A stretch of DNA of 32,000 nucleotides from Ruminococcus albus 7 = DSM 20455 (lineage in GTDB: Bacteria; Bacillota; Clostridia; Oscillospirales; Ruminococcaceae), in contig NC_014833.1 of NCBI RefSeq assembly GCF_000179635.2, positions 2,250,001-2,282,000 on the forward strand. The letters run 5' to 3'. The notes beneath the pieces are model-generated. The model saw nothing but the letters and a program-made list of their open reading frames with translations, was not told where the DNA came from and made no database searches. The translations under genes and the position numbers were made by a program. This document shows, in pieces, positions 8,876 through 16,634 of the stretch. Position 1 is the stretch's first letter, and each line of letters starts with the position of its first letter.

Positions 8876-10273
8876 TTATTCTGAAACGAGTTCGCCTGAG
8901 AGCGCCCAATTCATAGCCTTGTTAATGCGCACTTTGACAAATTCGCCTATATACTTTTTATCTGCGGGAAACTCAACGATTATATTCTCGTCATTTTTTC
9001 CCGTGAGCCACCCTTCTGCTGTACGTCCCTCGCCTTCTGCAAGAACTTCAACTGTCTGTCCGACAAATCTACCGAACCACTCACAAGTTATTTCACGCTG
9101 TTCAAGAAGAAGTTCTCTCAGCCACAGTCCCTTCTGCTTGTCCGATATATTATCTTCCATCTTAGCAGCAGGGGTGCCTGATCGTCTAGAATACACAAAT
9201 GAATATATGTTATCATATTTCACGCGCTTTATGATATCTTTCGTCTGACAGAATTCCTCATAACTCTCACCCGGAAAACCTACTATAAGGTCAGTAGTAA
9301 AGGAAAAATGAGGCATACGTCCGCGGGCATAATCTATCATCTCCAGATACTTTTCAGTTGTATATCGACGGTTCATCGCTTTTAGCACTCTATCGCTTCC
9401 TGCTTGTACAGGGAGGTGAAGATGCTTACAGATATGTTCGCTGTCAATGATAGTATCAATCAGTTCTTTTGTAGCATCCTTAGGATGACTTGACATAAAT
9501 CTGATACGGAACTTACCCTGTATCTTATCAATATCTTTCAGAAGCTGCGGGAAACCGTAAGCATAGGAATTAACATTCTGACCGAGCAGAGTGATCTCCT
9601 TATAGCCCTGCTCGACAAGGCTTTTAACTTCGGCGAGTACAGCTTCAGGCTTTCGGCTTCGTTCTCTGCCACGAACATAAGGAACTATACAGTATGTACA
9701 AAAATTATTACAGCCGTACATAATAGGTACAAATGCCCTGAACTTATCATCACGAAGCTGAGTCATGCTTTCATCGATCTCAGTACATACCTCACTCTGA
9801 TTAAAAAGGCGCTTATGCTTGGAAATGATCTCCCATAACATGGAATAGAACTCATTATAAGCAAACGTTCCGAAAACAAGGTCTACCTGACGATAGGACT
9901 CCTTTATCTTATCAGCTACGTGTTTCTGCTGAGCCATACATCCGCATATCCCGATAACAAGATCTTTATTCTGTTCTTTCAGCTTTTTGAAATTGCCGAT
10001 ATTGCCAAACACTCTGTCCTCAGCGTTCTCTCGAACAGCACAGGTATTCAAAAGTATAAGCTGCGCTGTGTCTGTATCATCGGTGAAACCATACCCGATC
10101 TTATCAAGCATTCCCTTTAACTTTTCACCATCGCTGACATTCTGCTGACATCCGTAGGAATGTATGTAGGCCATCGGGGCATGACCATTATCATTGTGAT
10201 ATTTTTCAGCCCACTTTATAAGACCCTGAAAAGCATCCTCATTTCCGACAGCAGGAACATATTTTTCTGACAT
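8876..10273 (-). CDS. miaB: tRNA-i6A37 methylthiotransferase MiaB (radical SAM)
   Basis: UPF0004 N-domain cysteines (SYGCQQN, NTCAVRE, GCMAQ), the radical-SAM motif CNNFCTYCIVP and a C-terminal TRAM domain. ATG 10273 is preferred (AGGAAAG RBS); the track start at 10285 has no RBS. Confidence 0.9.
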   Translation of the reverse strand: MSEKYVPAVGNEDAFQGLIKWAEKYHNDNGHAPMAYIHSYGCQQNVSDGEKLKGMLDKIGYGFTDDTDTAQLILLNTCAVRENAEDRVFGNIGNFKKLKEQNKDLVIGICGCMAQQKHVADKIKESYRQVDLVFGTFAYNEFYSMLWEIISKHKRLFNQSEVCTEIDESMTQLRDDKFRAFVPIMYGCNNFCTYCIVPYVRGRERSRKPEAVLAEVKSLVEQGYKEITLLGQNVNSYAYGFPQLLKDIDKIQGKFRIRFMSSHPKDATKELIDTIIDSEHICKHLHLPVQAGSDRVLKAMNRRYTTEKYLEMIDYARGRMPHFSFTTDLIVGFPGESYEEFCQTKDIIKRVKYDNIYSFVYSRRSGTPAAKMEDNISDKQKGLWLRELLLEQREITCEWFGRFVGQTVEVLAEGEGRTAEGWLTGKNDENIIVEFPADKKYIGEFVKVRINKAMNWALSGELVSE

Positions 10274-10384
10274 TTCTTTCCTCATTTCAAAATATTTATT
10301 ATGACCGAATTATTCGGGAACTTCCGTATAAGCCGCAAACAAACGCATCAACACATAATGATCCATTGTGCAGCATACATTATA

Positions 10385-10413
10385 ATTATATAACCTTTTA
10401 CATGATTTGTCAA
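10385..10413 (-). promoter_or_regulatory. Consensus sigma-A promoter for the miaB-ymcA-mutS-mutL-miaA(-hfq) array
   Basis: The minus strand reads TTGACA (10413..10408), then a 17-nt spacer, then TATAAT (10390..10385). Both hexamers are perfect, about 100 nt upstream of the miaB start. Confidence 0.75.
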
Positions 10414-10552
10414 CATAAAAAACGATTAATTGTTTATCTCTCATCATCAAACAACAAACTTCATTTATAACTATCACATATAGTCCATATCAATGATGCA
10501 AGGTATTCTGTACTTGAAAGATCATATCAGTATCGCTGTTATATTGACCATG

Positions 10553-10580
10553 TAAAAAAGCTCCCGCAATTGCAGGAGCT
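10553..10580 (-). terminator. Rho-independent terminator ending the SCIFF-locus transcript
   Basis: The minus strand reads AGCTCCTGC-AATT-GCGGGAGCT followed by TTTTTT. That is a 9-bp stem (one G-U pair) with a 4-nt loop. It starts 6 nt after the stop codon of the 117-aa gene (stop at 10587..10589). Confidence 0.8.
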
Positions 10581-10586
10581 CAGATA

Positions 10587-10940
10587 TCATTCAATGACCA
10601 GCTGACCCTCGCTGTCACAATAAACGTGTCTGCCGAGTATAGTCCTCAGCGCCTTGATATTTTCAATTTCAGTTGAAGCAAATTCAAGGTGACACTGCTT
10701 TGAGCCGTAATAAATATCGTACTCAAAATAATCCTGAACGTAAACACCAAATTTATTAAGTATATCCTCCAGGGGGTGCTGAGAGATATCACTTGCATCA
10801 TCATGTTCTCCGTATTCAGGTTCCTGCTCAAAGGACAGGCTGGTAAAATACATACCTTCATACTCATATACACCAGCGGCAACACATTTGATACCGTCGG
10901 CGCAGTATTTTGAAGGATAGTAGTCAGCTATATTTTTCAT
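10587..10940 (-). CDS. Hypothetical acidic 117-aa cytoplasmic protein
   Basis: Complete ORF that starts 2 nt after the stop of the upstream SUKH-like gene and is followed by a strong terminator. I recognise no motif. It is rich in D/E/Y. Confidence 0.5.
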   Translation of the reverse strand: MKNIADYYPSKYCADGIKCVAAGVYEYEGMYFTSLSFEQEPEYGEHDDASDISQHPLEDILNKFGVYVQDYFEYDIYYGSKQCHLEFASTEIENIKALRTILGRHVYCDSEGQLVIE

Positions 10941-10942
10941 TA

Positions 10943-11605
10943 TTAGTCCTCCTCGGGATCAATATCAATTAAAGGCAGAACTGCTTTTTCAGCCTCATCA
11001 AAGCCTTCCTCACTTTTTGATGCGAATATCACAAGACTGCCGGAGCTGTCAGGCAGAAGAGCCATGTATGAATCTTCATTGATACGGTAGAACTCTGCAC
11101 CCTGATATATTCCGCTGTCCGCACGTTCGATATGTTCAAATTTACTGCGGATATTTTCAGCCTGTTCTTCATCAGCTTCAAGATAATCTTCCGTCGCATA
11201 TTCTAAGCCGCTTGTGACTGCACAAAGATAGCCTTCGGAGATAAGAAACTTTGAAAGACTATCTCCTGTGAGAAACCATTCACCATGGTCATAACTCTCA
11301 TATACAGGAGGATCAGGCTTGTCCATATCCTCAAGTTTTATGCCCCAAAAGGATACGCTCTGATTTTCAGAAAAGAAAACATAGTATCCCTGCTCTTTGT
11401 ACATACCGACTTTCTCTGCAGACATAAGATAATCACCTGCAGGATTAGAAGCAAGCACATCACAGCCCGCACACTGCCTGTAATAATCCTCCAGCGCAGC
11501 AGGAAGACTGCCGTATTCAGTTTTCAATGATGATATGTTTTTCTCGCTCCAGCCAAGTGGCTCATTTATATCAAAAAGCTCACGGAGTTCCCTGTAATCA
11601 AACAT
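10943..11605 (-). CDS. SMI1/KNR4 (SUKH-1)-like protein
   Basis: 220 aa. The N-terminal ...ISSLKTEYGSLPAALEDYYRQCAG... resembles the SUKH-1 'LPxDYkxFl..xnG' signature. The protein is acidic with no signal peptide. Its ATG overlaps the maturase stop as TAATG (11607..11603). Confidence 0.5.
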   Translation of the reverse strand: MFDYRELRELFDINEPLGWSEKNISSLKTEYGSLPAALEDYYRQCAGCDVLASNPAGDYLMSAEKVGMYKEQGYYVFFSENQSVSFWGIKLEDMDKPDPPVYESYDHGEWFLTGDSLSKFLISEGYLCAVTSGLEYATEDYLEADEEQAENIRSKFEHIERADSGIYQGAEFYRINEDSYMALLPDSSGSLVIFASKSEEGFDEAEKAVLPLIDIDPEED

Positions 11606-12978
11606 TATTCAGCATCATCAAGCAGCTGAACAGCCTTCATCAAGATAGCAACTTCAAGACGTTTCTTCTGTATCTGACATGAAAGCTTATGGGCAGTATG
11701 TATGTCACCCTGATAAATATAGTTATTGGCATTACAGCCGCCGCTGCAGTAGAATTTAGCCCAGCACTTTTTACATTCGGGCTTGGTATAGACATGAGCC
11801 TTAGCAAACTCGTCTTTCATTTCGAGATTGAAGCTACCATCATAAAGACTGCCCATTTTGTATTCATCAATACCTACAAATTGATGACAGGGATAGATAT
11901 CACCGTCCGGAGTAATAGCGACATACTCATTTCCGCAGCCACATCCGCGGAGACGCTTGATAGCACAGGGACCCTGATCGAGATCTAACATAAAATGGAA
12001 GAAATTGATAAACTTTCCTTCTGATCTGATCTTTTTGATCTTTTCAGCAAGTACTTCATACTCCTTGAAAATGCGCGGAAGATCAGCCTCAGTTATAGCA
12101 TAAGGTTCTTTTGCATCAGCCATAACAGGCTCAACGGATATCTGCTCAAATCCAAGATCATAAAGATGCATAACATCTTCGGAAAAATCGAGATTGTACT
12201 TGGTATAGGTACCTCGTACATACCAATCTCTGTCAGCAGGACGCTTATCGACCAGACGTTTGAAGTTCTTGGTTATAGTATCATAGCTGCCTGATCCATC
12301 AACACGTACCCTTACTCTGTCGTTGACCTCTTTTCTACCATCTATTGAAAGAACGACATTGTACATCTCCTTATTTATGAAATCAATCATCTCATCAGTA
12401 AGATGCATACCGTTAGTTGTAGTGGTAAATCTGAAGGTCTTACCTGTTTCCTTCTCACGTGAACGCGCATACTCGACTGTCTTCATAACCACGCCGAAAT
12501 TCATGGACGGTTCACCGCCAAAAAAATCGACCTCAAGGAATTTTCTGTCAGCAGACTTTTCGATCAGAAAATCAATAGCACGTTTAGCAGTTTCAAAGTC
12601 CATCAGCTTTCTGCCGACACCAAAATCACCGGTAGAAGCAAAGCAGTACTTACATCTCAGATTGCAGTCATGAGAAATATGAAGACACATAGCTTTTACA
12701 GGAGATGCTACTGATGCAAGTGCATACTTTTCATAATCATCCTCTGAAAAAAGTATCTTGTCATTGTACAGCGAAACTATTTCCTCATAGCATTCTTTGA
12801 TATCTTCTGCAGGATAGCTTCTGGAAAGCTTTGCTATAACTTCTGCGGGACATTCTTCTGCAAAAGGCGGCTCAACACTATCCAGTATATCATAAGTAAG
12901 ATCATCTATGATATGGACACCGCCACTGTTTACATCAAGCAGGACATTGAATCCCGACAGCTTATATTTATGGATCAT
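11605..12978 (-). CDS. scfB: SCIFF peptide maturase, radical SAM/SPASM thioether-forming enzyme
   Basis: 457 aa. The N-terminus MIHKYKLSGFNVLLDVNSGGVHIIDD is characteristic of SCIFF maturases. Has the radical-SAM motif CNLRCKYC and the SPASM motif CKKCWAKFYCSGGC, plus upstream CGCGNEY...YPCHQF. It lies immediately downstream of a six-Cys precursor gene. Confidence 0.92.
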   Translation of the reverse strand: MIHKYKLSGFNVLLDVNSGGVHIIDDLTYDILDSVEPPFAEECPAEVIAKLSRSYPAEDIKECYEEIVSLYNDKILFSEDDYEKYALASVASPVKAMCLHISHDCNLRCKYCFASTGDFGVGRKLMDFETAKRAIDFLIEKSADRKFLEVDFFGGEPSMNFGVVMKTVEYARSREKETGKTFRFTTTTNGMHLTDEMIDFINKEMYNVVLSIDGRKEVNDRVRVRVDGSGSYDTITKNFKRLVDKRPADRDWYVRGTYTKYNLDFSEDVMHLYDLGFEQISVEPVMADAKEPYAITEADLPRIFKEYEVLAEKIKKIRSEGKFINFFHFMLDLDQGPCAIKRLRGCGCGNEYVAITPDGDIYPCHQFVGIDEYKMGSLYDGSFNLEMKDEFAKAHVYTKPECKKCWAKFYCSGGCNANNYIYQGDIHTAHKLSCQIQKKRLEVAILMKAVQLLDDAE

Positions 12979-13117
12979 TTTCTTCCCTCACAAATCTTAA
13001 AAAATAACGGACGACCAAAGCCCAGCTCTACGGGTCAGCCAAGACCTAGTAGAGATGACCTGTGCTCGCCCGCTGTATCGGGAGCTTAAAAAGCTCCCCT
13101 CAAACGGTTCTTGTGGA

Positions 13118-13261
13118 TCAAGCTTCTCTTTCGCACTTCTGGTTAGCAACTGTGCAGGAAGTCTTGCAAGCAGACTGACAAGAAGCCTGGCACTTGCCGC
13201 AGCCACCCTTAGCAGCAGTCTTCTTAAGGTTAGCCTTATTGATAGTCTTGATATGTTTCAT
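13118..13261 (-). CDS. scfA: SCIFF (six cysteines in forty-five residues) ribosomal peptide precursor
   Basis: Hand-translated minus-strand ORF: MKHIKTINKANLKKTAAKGGCGKCQASCQSACKTSCTVANQKCEREA (47 aa, 6 Cys). GGAGG lies 9 nt upstream of ATG 13261 and the TGA stop is at 13120..13118. It is below the ORF-track size cutoff. Confidence 0.92.
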   Translation of the reverse strand: MKHIKTINKANLKKTAAKGGCGKCQASCQSACKTSCTVANQKCEREA

Positions 13262-13293
13262 AACATCATACCTCCATATACTGATTTAAAGAT

Positions 13294-13302
13294 ATTATAT
13301 CA
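13294..13302 (-). promoter_or_regulatory. Candidate extended -10 element (TGaTATAAT) for the SCIFF precursor
   Basis: The minus strand reads TGATATAAT, roughly 30 nt upstream of the scfA ATG. I saw no good -35. Confidence 0.35.
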
Positions 13303-13376
13303 TATTATGACATGAATTTTATGAATAGTTGTTTAACCATATATAAATATTTATAGATATAAATCAAAATATTAAT

Positions 13377-13775
13377 TTACATCTCCTTTTTTGAGTTTAC
13401 ACCGACTGCTCCGCCAATCGAGGCAGCTAAAATAGTGATAACAAATTTTGTAAAAAATGAAATCTTTGAAGTAACACCTGCCATAATGCTGCCTGCTGTA
13501 AGTATTATAAGAAAAATAAGCAGACCTGTCAGTGCGCCTGAAATCAGACCGTTTCTTCTGCGTCTCTTCCCACCGGTATATCCTCCGAAATATGCTCCAA
13601 TCATCAGTGTTCCAGTAGACATAGCTGATAAAGCGTCCTTGCCTGCATCTATCTTTGTAAGCATAAACGCAATTGCACAAAGTAAAAGCAGTATAATACC
13701 TGCAGCAGCAGTTAGTGCGACTATCTGCTCAGCAGCAATGCCTGAATTTCTTCTGTGACTTCTGTGCTTTCTCAT
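13377..13775 (-). CDS. Small 4-TM membrane protein (TIGR04086-like)
   Basis: 132 aa. GGAGG RBS 9 nt upstream of ATG 13775. Has four hydrophobic helices and a GGKRRRRNG loop. The family name is from memory of Firmicute small membrane proteins and is tentative. Confidence 0.6.
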   Translation of the reverse strand: MRKHRSHRRNSGIAAEQIVALTAAAGIILLLLCAIAFMLTKIDAGKDALSAMSTGTLMIGAYFGGYTGGKRRRRNGLISGALTGLLIFLIILTAGSIMAGVTSKISFFTKFVITILAASIGGAVGVNSKKEM

Positions 13776-13835
13776 TTAAGCAGACCTCCCAAAACTTCTT
13801 TGCTTATATAATATTCGGTCAGAAAAGCACATATT

Positions 13836-13867
13836 ACAAAAACGGCACCGCTTGTTATACGGTGCCG
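13836..13867 (-). terminator. Rho-independent terminator after yajC
   Basis: The minus strand reads CGGCACCG-tataacaag-CGGTGCCG followed by TTTTTG. That is an 8-bp GC-rich stem. Confidence 0.75.
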
Positions 13868-13875
13868 AAAATTTA

Positions 13876-14217
13876 TCAAACCTTATCCTTATCGGACTCT
13901 TCATCATCAGTTACGACCTTAGCGATAGCCCACTTCATGATGCGTATCTTACTTCTGTCGCCGCCGGTCTCAATAACAACGTTATCCTCTTTGACCTGGG
14001 TAACTATACCGATGATACCGCCGTTAGTGATGATCTCATCACCAACGTCTACGCTTTCTCTCATTTCCCTGTCCTGCTTCTCCTGCTTCTTCTGGGGTTT
14101 GAGGATGAAGAAATAGAAGAAAACCAGTATCAGCACCAGCGGTACAAAACTAAGAAGATATCCTCCGGTAGTAGCGCCTGTGCTGGCAGACATGACTGTG
14201 ATAAATGCTGAATTCAT
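13876..14217 (-). CDS. yajC: Preprotein translocase subunit YajC
   Basis: 113 aa. A single TM helix is followed by FFILKPQKKQEKQDREMRESVDVGDEIITNGGIIGIVTQV..., the YajC signature. AGGAGG RBS. Confidence 0.9.
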   Translation of the reverse strand: MNSAFITVMSASTGATTGGYLLSFVPLVLILVFFYFFILKPQKKQEKQDREMRESVDVGDEIITNGGIIGIVTQVKEDNVVIETGGDRSKIRIMKWAIAKVVTDDEESDKDKV

Positions 14218-14252
14218 TTTACTGCCTCCTGATCAATAATTTACTGCTATTG

Positions 14253-14281
14253 ATTATAGCAGAATCCCGATAATTTATCAA
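14253..14281 (-). promoter_or_regulatory. Sigma-A promoter for yajC (TTGATA-17-TATAAT)
   Basis: On the minus strand the -35 TTGATA is at 14281..14276 and the -10 TATAAT is at 14258..14253, with a 17-nt spacer. Confidence 0.6.
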
Positions 14282-14298
14282 GTATTTTAACAGAATGT

Positions 14299-15693
14299 TT
14301 ACGCTTCACCATTCTGATCCTTGATATAAGCATCAATAGCGGCTGCGGCTTTTTTACCTGCTCCCATCGCAAGAATGACCGTAGCTGCGCCTGTTACAGC
14401 ATCACCTCCGGCATATACGCCCTTTTTGGTAGTAGCCTCTGTATCATCAACAATAAGACATCCGCGCTTATTGACATCAAGTCCGGGAGTAGTATTCCTG
14501 ATAAGAGGATTCGGAGATGTGCCTATTGCCATGATAACAGTATCCACGTCAAGTTCGTAATCAGAACCTTCAACAGCAACAGGACTCCTTCTTCCGCTCT
14601 CATCGGCTTCTCCAAGCTCCATCTTCTTACATACCATGGCGCGAACTCTTCCGTTATCATCCCCAAGCAGTTCAACAGGATTATTCAGAGTAAGGAACTC
14701 AACACCTTCCTCCATAGCATGATGAACTTCTTCCTTACGTGCAGGAAGCTCGTCCATCGAACGTCTGTAAACTACATAAACCTTTTTAGCTCCAATCCTG
14801 AGAGCTGAACGTGCAGCATCCATAGCAACATTACCGCCGCCGACTACAGCGACCTTCTGAGACTTCATGATAGGTGTTGCATATTCTTTCTTATAAGCTT
14901 TCATAAGATTGATTCGTGTAAGATACTCATTAGCGGAATATACACCAATAAGACCCTCACCGTCAATACCCATAAACCTTGGAAGACCAGCACCTGAACC
15001 TACGAAAACAGCTTCATAGCCCATCTCAAACAGTTCATCGACGGAAAGCACCTTGCCTATGACCATATTGGTCATGATCTTTACTCCCATCTTTGACAGA
15101 TTATCGATCTCATGCTGAACTATCATTTTGGGAAGTCTGAACTCGGGGATACCGTACATCAATACACCGCCGGCTGTATGGAATGCTTCAAATACAGTCA
15201 CTTCATATCCCAGCTTTGCAAGATCACCGGCAGCAGTAAGTCCACTTGGACCGGCACCTACAACAGCAACCTTATGTCCGTTAGGCTCGGGAAGTTCTAT
15301 TTCAGGTTCCTTATCCCTCATATAATCAGCTACAAAACGCTCAAGCCTTCCTATGGCAACAGGCTCCCCTTTTATACCCCTTACGCACTTTCCCTCGCAC
15401 TGATTTTCCTGCGGACATACTCTTCCACAGACAGCAGGGAGTGAGTTTGTTGTTTTGATTATAGAGTAAGCAGAAGCCAGATCACCTTCAGCGACCTTGG
15501 CGATAAATTCAGGTATCCTTACACCAACGGGACATCCGGACATACATGGCTTGTTCTTGCAGTTTAGACATCTCATAGCTTCTCTTACTGCTTTTTCCAA
15601 TGAGTATCCGAGAGTGACCTCATCAAAATTCTTAGCTCTAACTTCAGGTTCCTGCTCTGCAACAGGTGTTTTTTCCTTTCTCATATCAGCCAT
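14299..15693 (-). CDS. nfnB: NfnB-type / GltA-type NADPH-dependent oxidoreductase large subunit (2x[4Fe-4S] + FAD/NADPH)
   Basis: Two Cys clusters (CLNCKNKPCMSGCP; CGRVCPQENQCEGKC) and two Rossmann GxGxxG motifs (VVGAGPSGL; VVGGGNVAMD). It is paired with a small FAD/[2Fe-2S] subunit. The start is set at ATG 15693, with GGAGGT 7 nt upstream; the track's GTG at 15702 lies inside that RBS. Confidence 0.8.
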   Translation of the reverse strand: MADMRKEKTPVAEQEPEVRAKNFDEVTLGYSLEKAVREAMRCLNCKNKPCMSGCPVGVRIPEFIAKVAEGDLASAYSIIKTTNSLPAVCGRVCPQENQCEGKCVRGIKGEPVAIGRLERFVADYMRDKEPEIELPEPNGHKVAVVGAGPSGLTAAGDLAKLGYEVTVFEAFHTAGGVLMYGIPEFRLPKMIVQHEIDNLSKMGVKIMTNMVIGKVLSVDELFEMGYEAVFVGSGAGLPRFMGIDGEGLIGVYSANEYLTRINLMKAYKKEYATPIMKSQKVAVVGGGNVAMDAARSALRIGAKKVYVVYRRSMDELPARKEEVHHAMEEGVEFLTLNNPVELLGDDNGRVRAMVCKKMELGEADESGRRSPVAVEGSDYELDVDTVIMAIGTSPNPLIRNTTPGLDVNKRGCLIVDDTEATTKKGVYAGGDAVTGAATVILAMGAGKKAAAAIDAYIKDQNGEA

Positions 15694-16525
15694 TGACAGC
15701 ACCTCCCATAAGTCTGCAAACGTGCTGTTTCTCAGCCTCGTTATAAGTTGAATTTCTTCTTATCAGCTCATTGAAATCAACCTTATGACCGTCAAAATCC
15801 GGGCCATCAACACAAGCATATTTTATCTCGCCGCCAACTCTTACACGACATCCGCCGCACATTCCTGTGCCATCGATCATTATCGGGTTAAGAGAAACAA
15901 TTGTTTTTATATTGTAAGGTTCTGTAACTTTACATATAAACTTCATCATCGGTACAGGACCGATAGCTATTACCTCATCAAAATCAGCACCTGATTCTAT
16001 AAGCTCTTTGAGCTTGTCTGTAACAAATCCATGATAGCCGTACGAGCCGTCATCGGTACATATATGCAGATCAGTGGATTCTGCTTTCATCTCATCCTCT
16101 AGGATTATTATGTCCTTACTTCTGAATCCTGCAATAAGCTGAACGTCAACGCCCATTCTATGCAGTTTCTTAGCTTGAGGATAAGCGATCGCACATCCTA
16201 CGCCGCCGCCTATGACAGCAACTTTCTTAATATCCGCATCATACTCGGTGGCAACTCCAAGAGGACCTACCACATCACGAATTTCTTCGCCCTGATCCAA
16301 AGCAGCAAGCGACATCGTAGAACCACCTATGGTCTGGAAAATGATCGTTACAACACCTTTTTCGCGATCAAAATCTGCAATTGTAAGGGGTATGCGTTCA
16401 CTGTATTCGTCTGCCCTTACTATTACGAACTGGCCTGCATCTGCTTTTTTTGCAATAAATGGAGCTTCAATATCCATCAGCACAACAGTATCATTGAGCT
16501 GTTTTCTCCTTAGTATCTTAAACAA
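15686..16525 (-). CDS. nfnA: NfnA-type ferredoxin-NADP reductase-like small subunit (FAD, [2Fe-2S])
   Basis: Dihydroorotate-dehydrogenase-electron-transfer-like fold, with a C-terminal CGGCRV...C cluster. The likely start is TTG 16525 (MFKILRRKQL...), with GGAGGG 6 nt upstream. ATG 16546 would be only a few nt from the predicted transcription start and has no RBS. Confidence 0.78.
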   Translation of the reverse strand: MFKILRRKQLNDTVVLMDIEAPFIAKKADAGQFVIVRADEYSERIPLTIADFDREKGVVTIIFQTIGGSTMSLAALDQGEEIRDVVGPLGVATEYDADIKKVAVIGGGVGCAIAYPQAKKLHRMGVDVQLIAGFRSKDIIILEDEMKAESTDLHICTDDGSYGYHGFVTDKLKELIESGADFDEVIAIGPVPMMKFICKVTEPYNIKTIVSLNPIMIDGTGMCGGCRVRVGGEIKYACVDGPDFDGHKVDFNELIRRNSTYNEAEKQHVCRLMGGAVNG

Positions 16526-16556
16526 TACTATCCCTCCGCAAATCATATTTCATATT

Positions 16557-16585
16557 ATTATACATCATTTAATCGGAAATTACAA
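16557..16585 (-). promoter_or_regulatory. Candidate sigma-A promoter for nfnAB (TTGTAA-17-TATAAT)
   Basis: On the minus strand the -35 TTGTAA is at 16585..16580 and the -10 TATAAT is at 16562..16557, with a 17-nt spacer. Confidence 0.5.
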
Positions 16586-16634
16586 GGGGAGGAAAAACAA
16601 TTATTATTTTCTGTAACAATAATATTAGAATTAA

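Noticed and set aside
12997-13315. 69-aa (minus) and 86-aa (plus) ORFs overlapping the SCIFF region
   Set aside because: Both are out of frame or antisense relative to the RBS-preceded 47-aa SCIFF ORF. Their Ala/Leu/Ser/Arg-rich translations are typical of wrong-frame reading of a GC-rich stretch.
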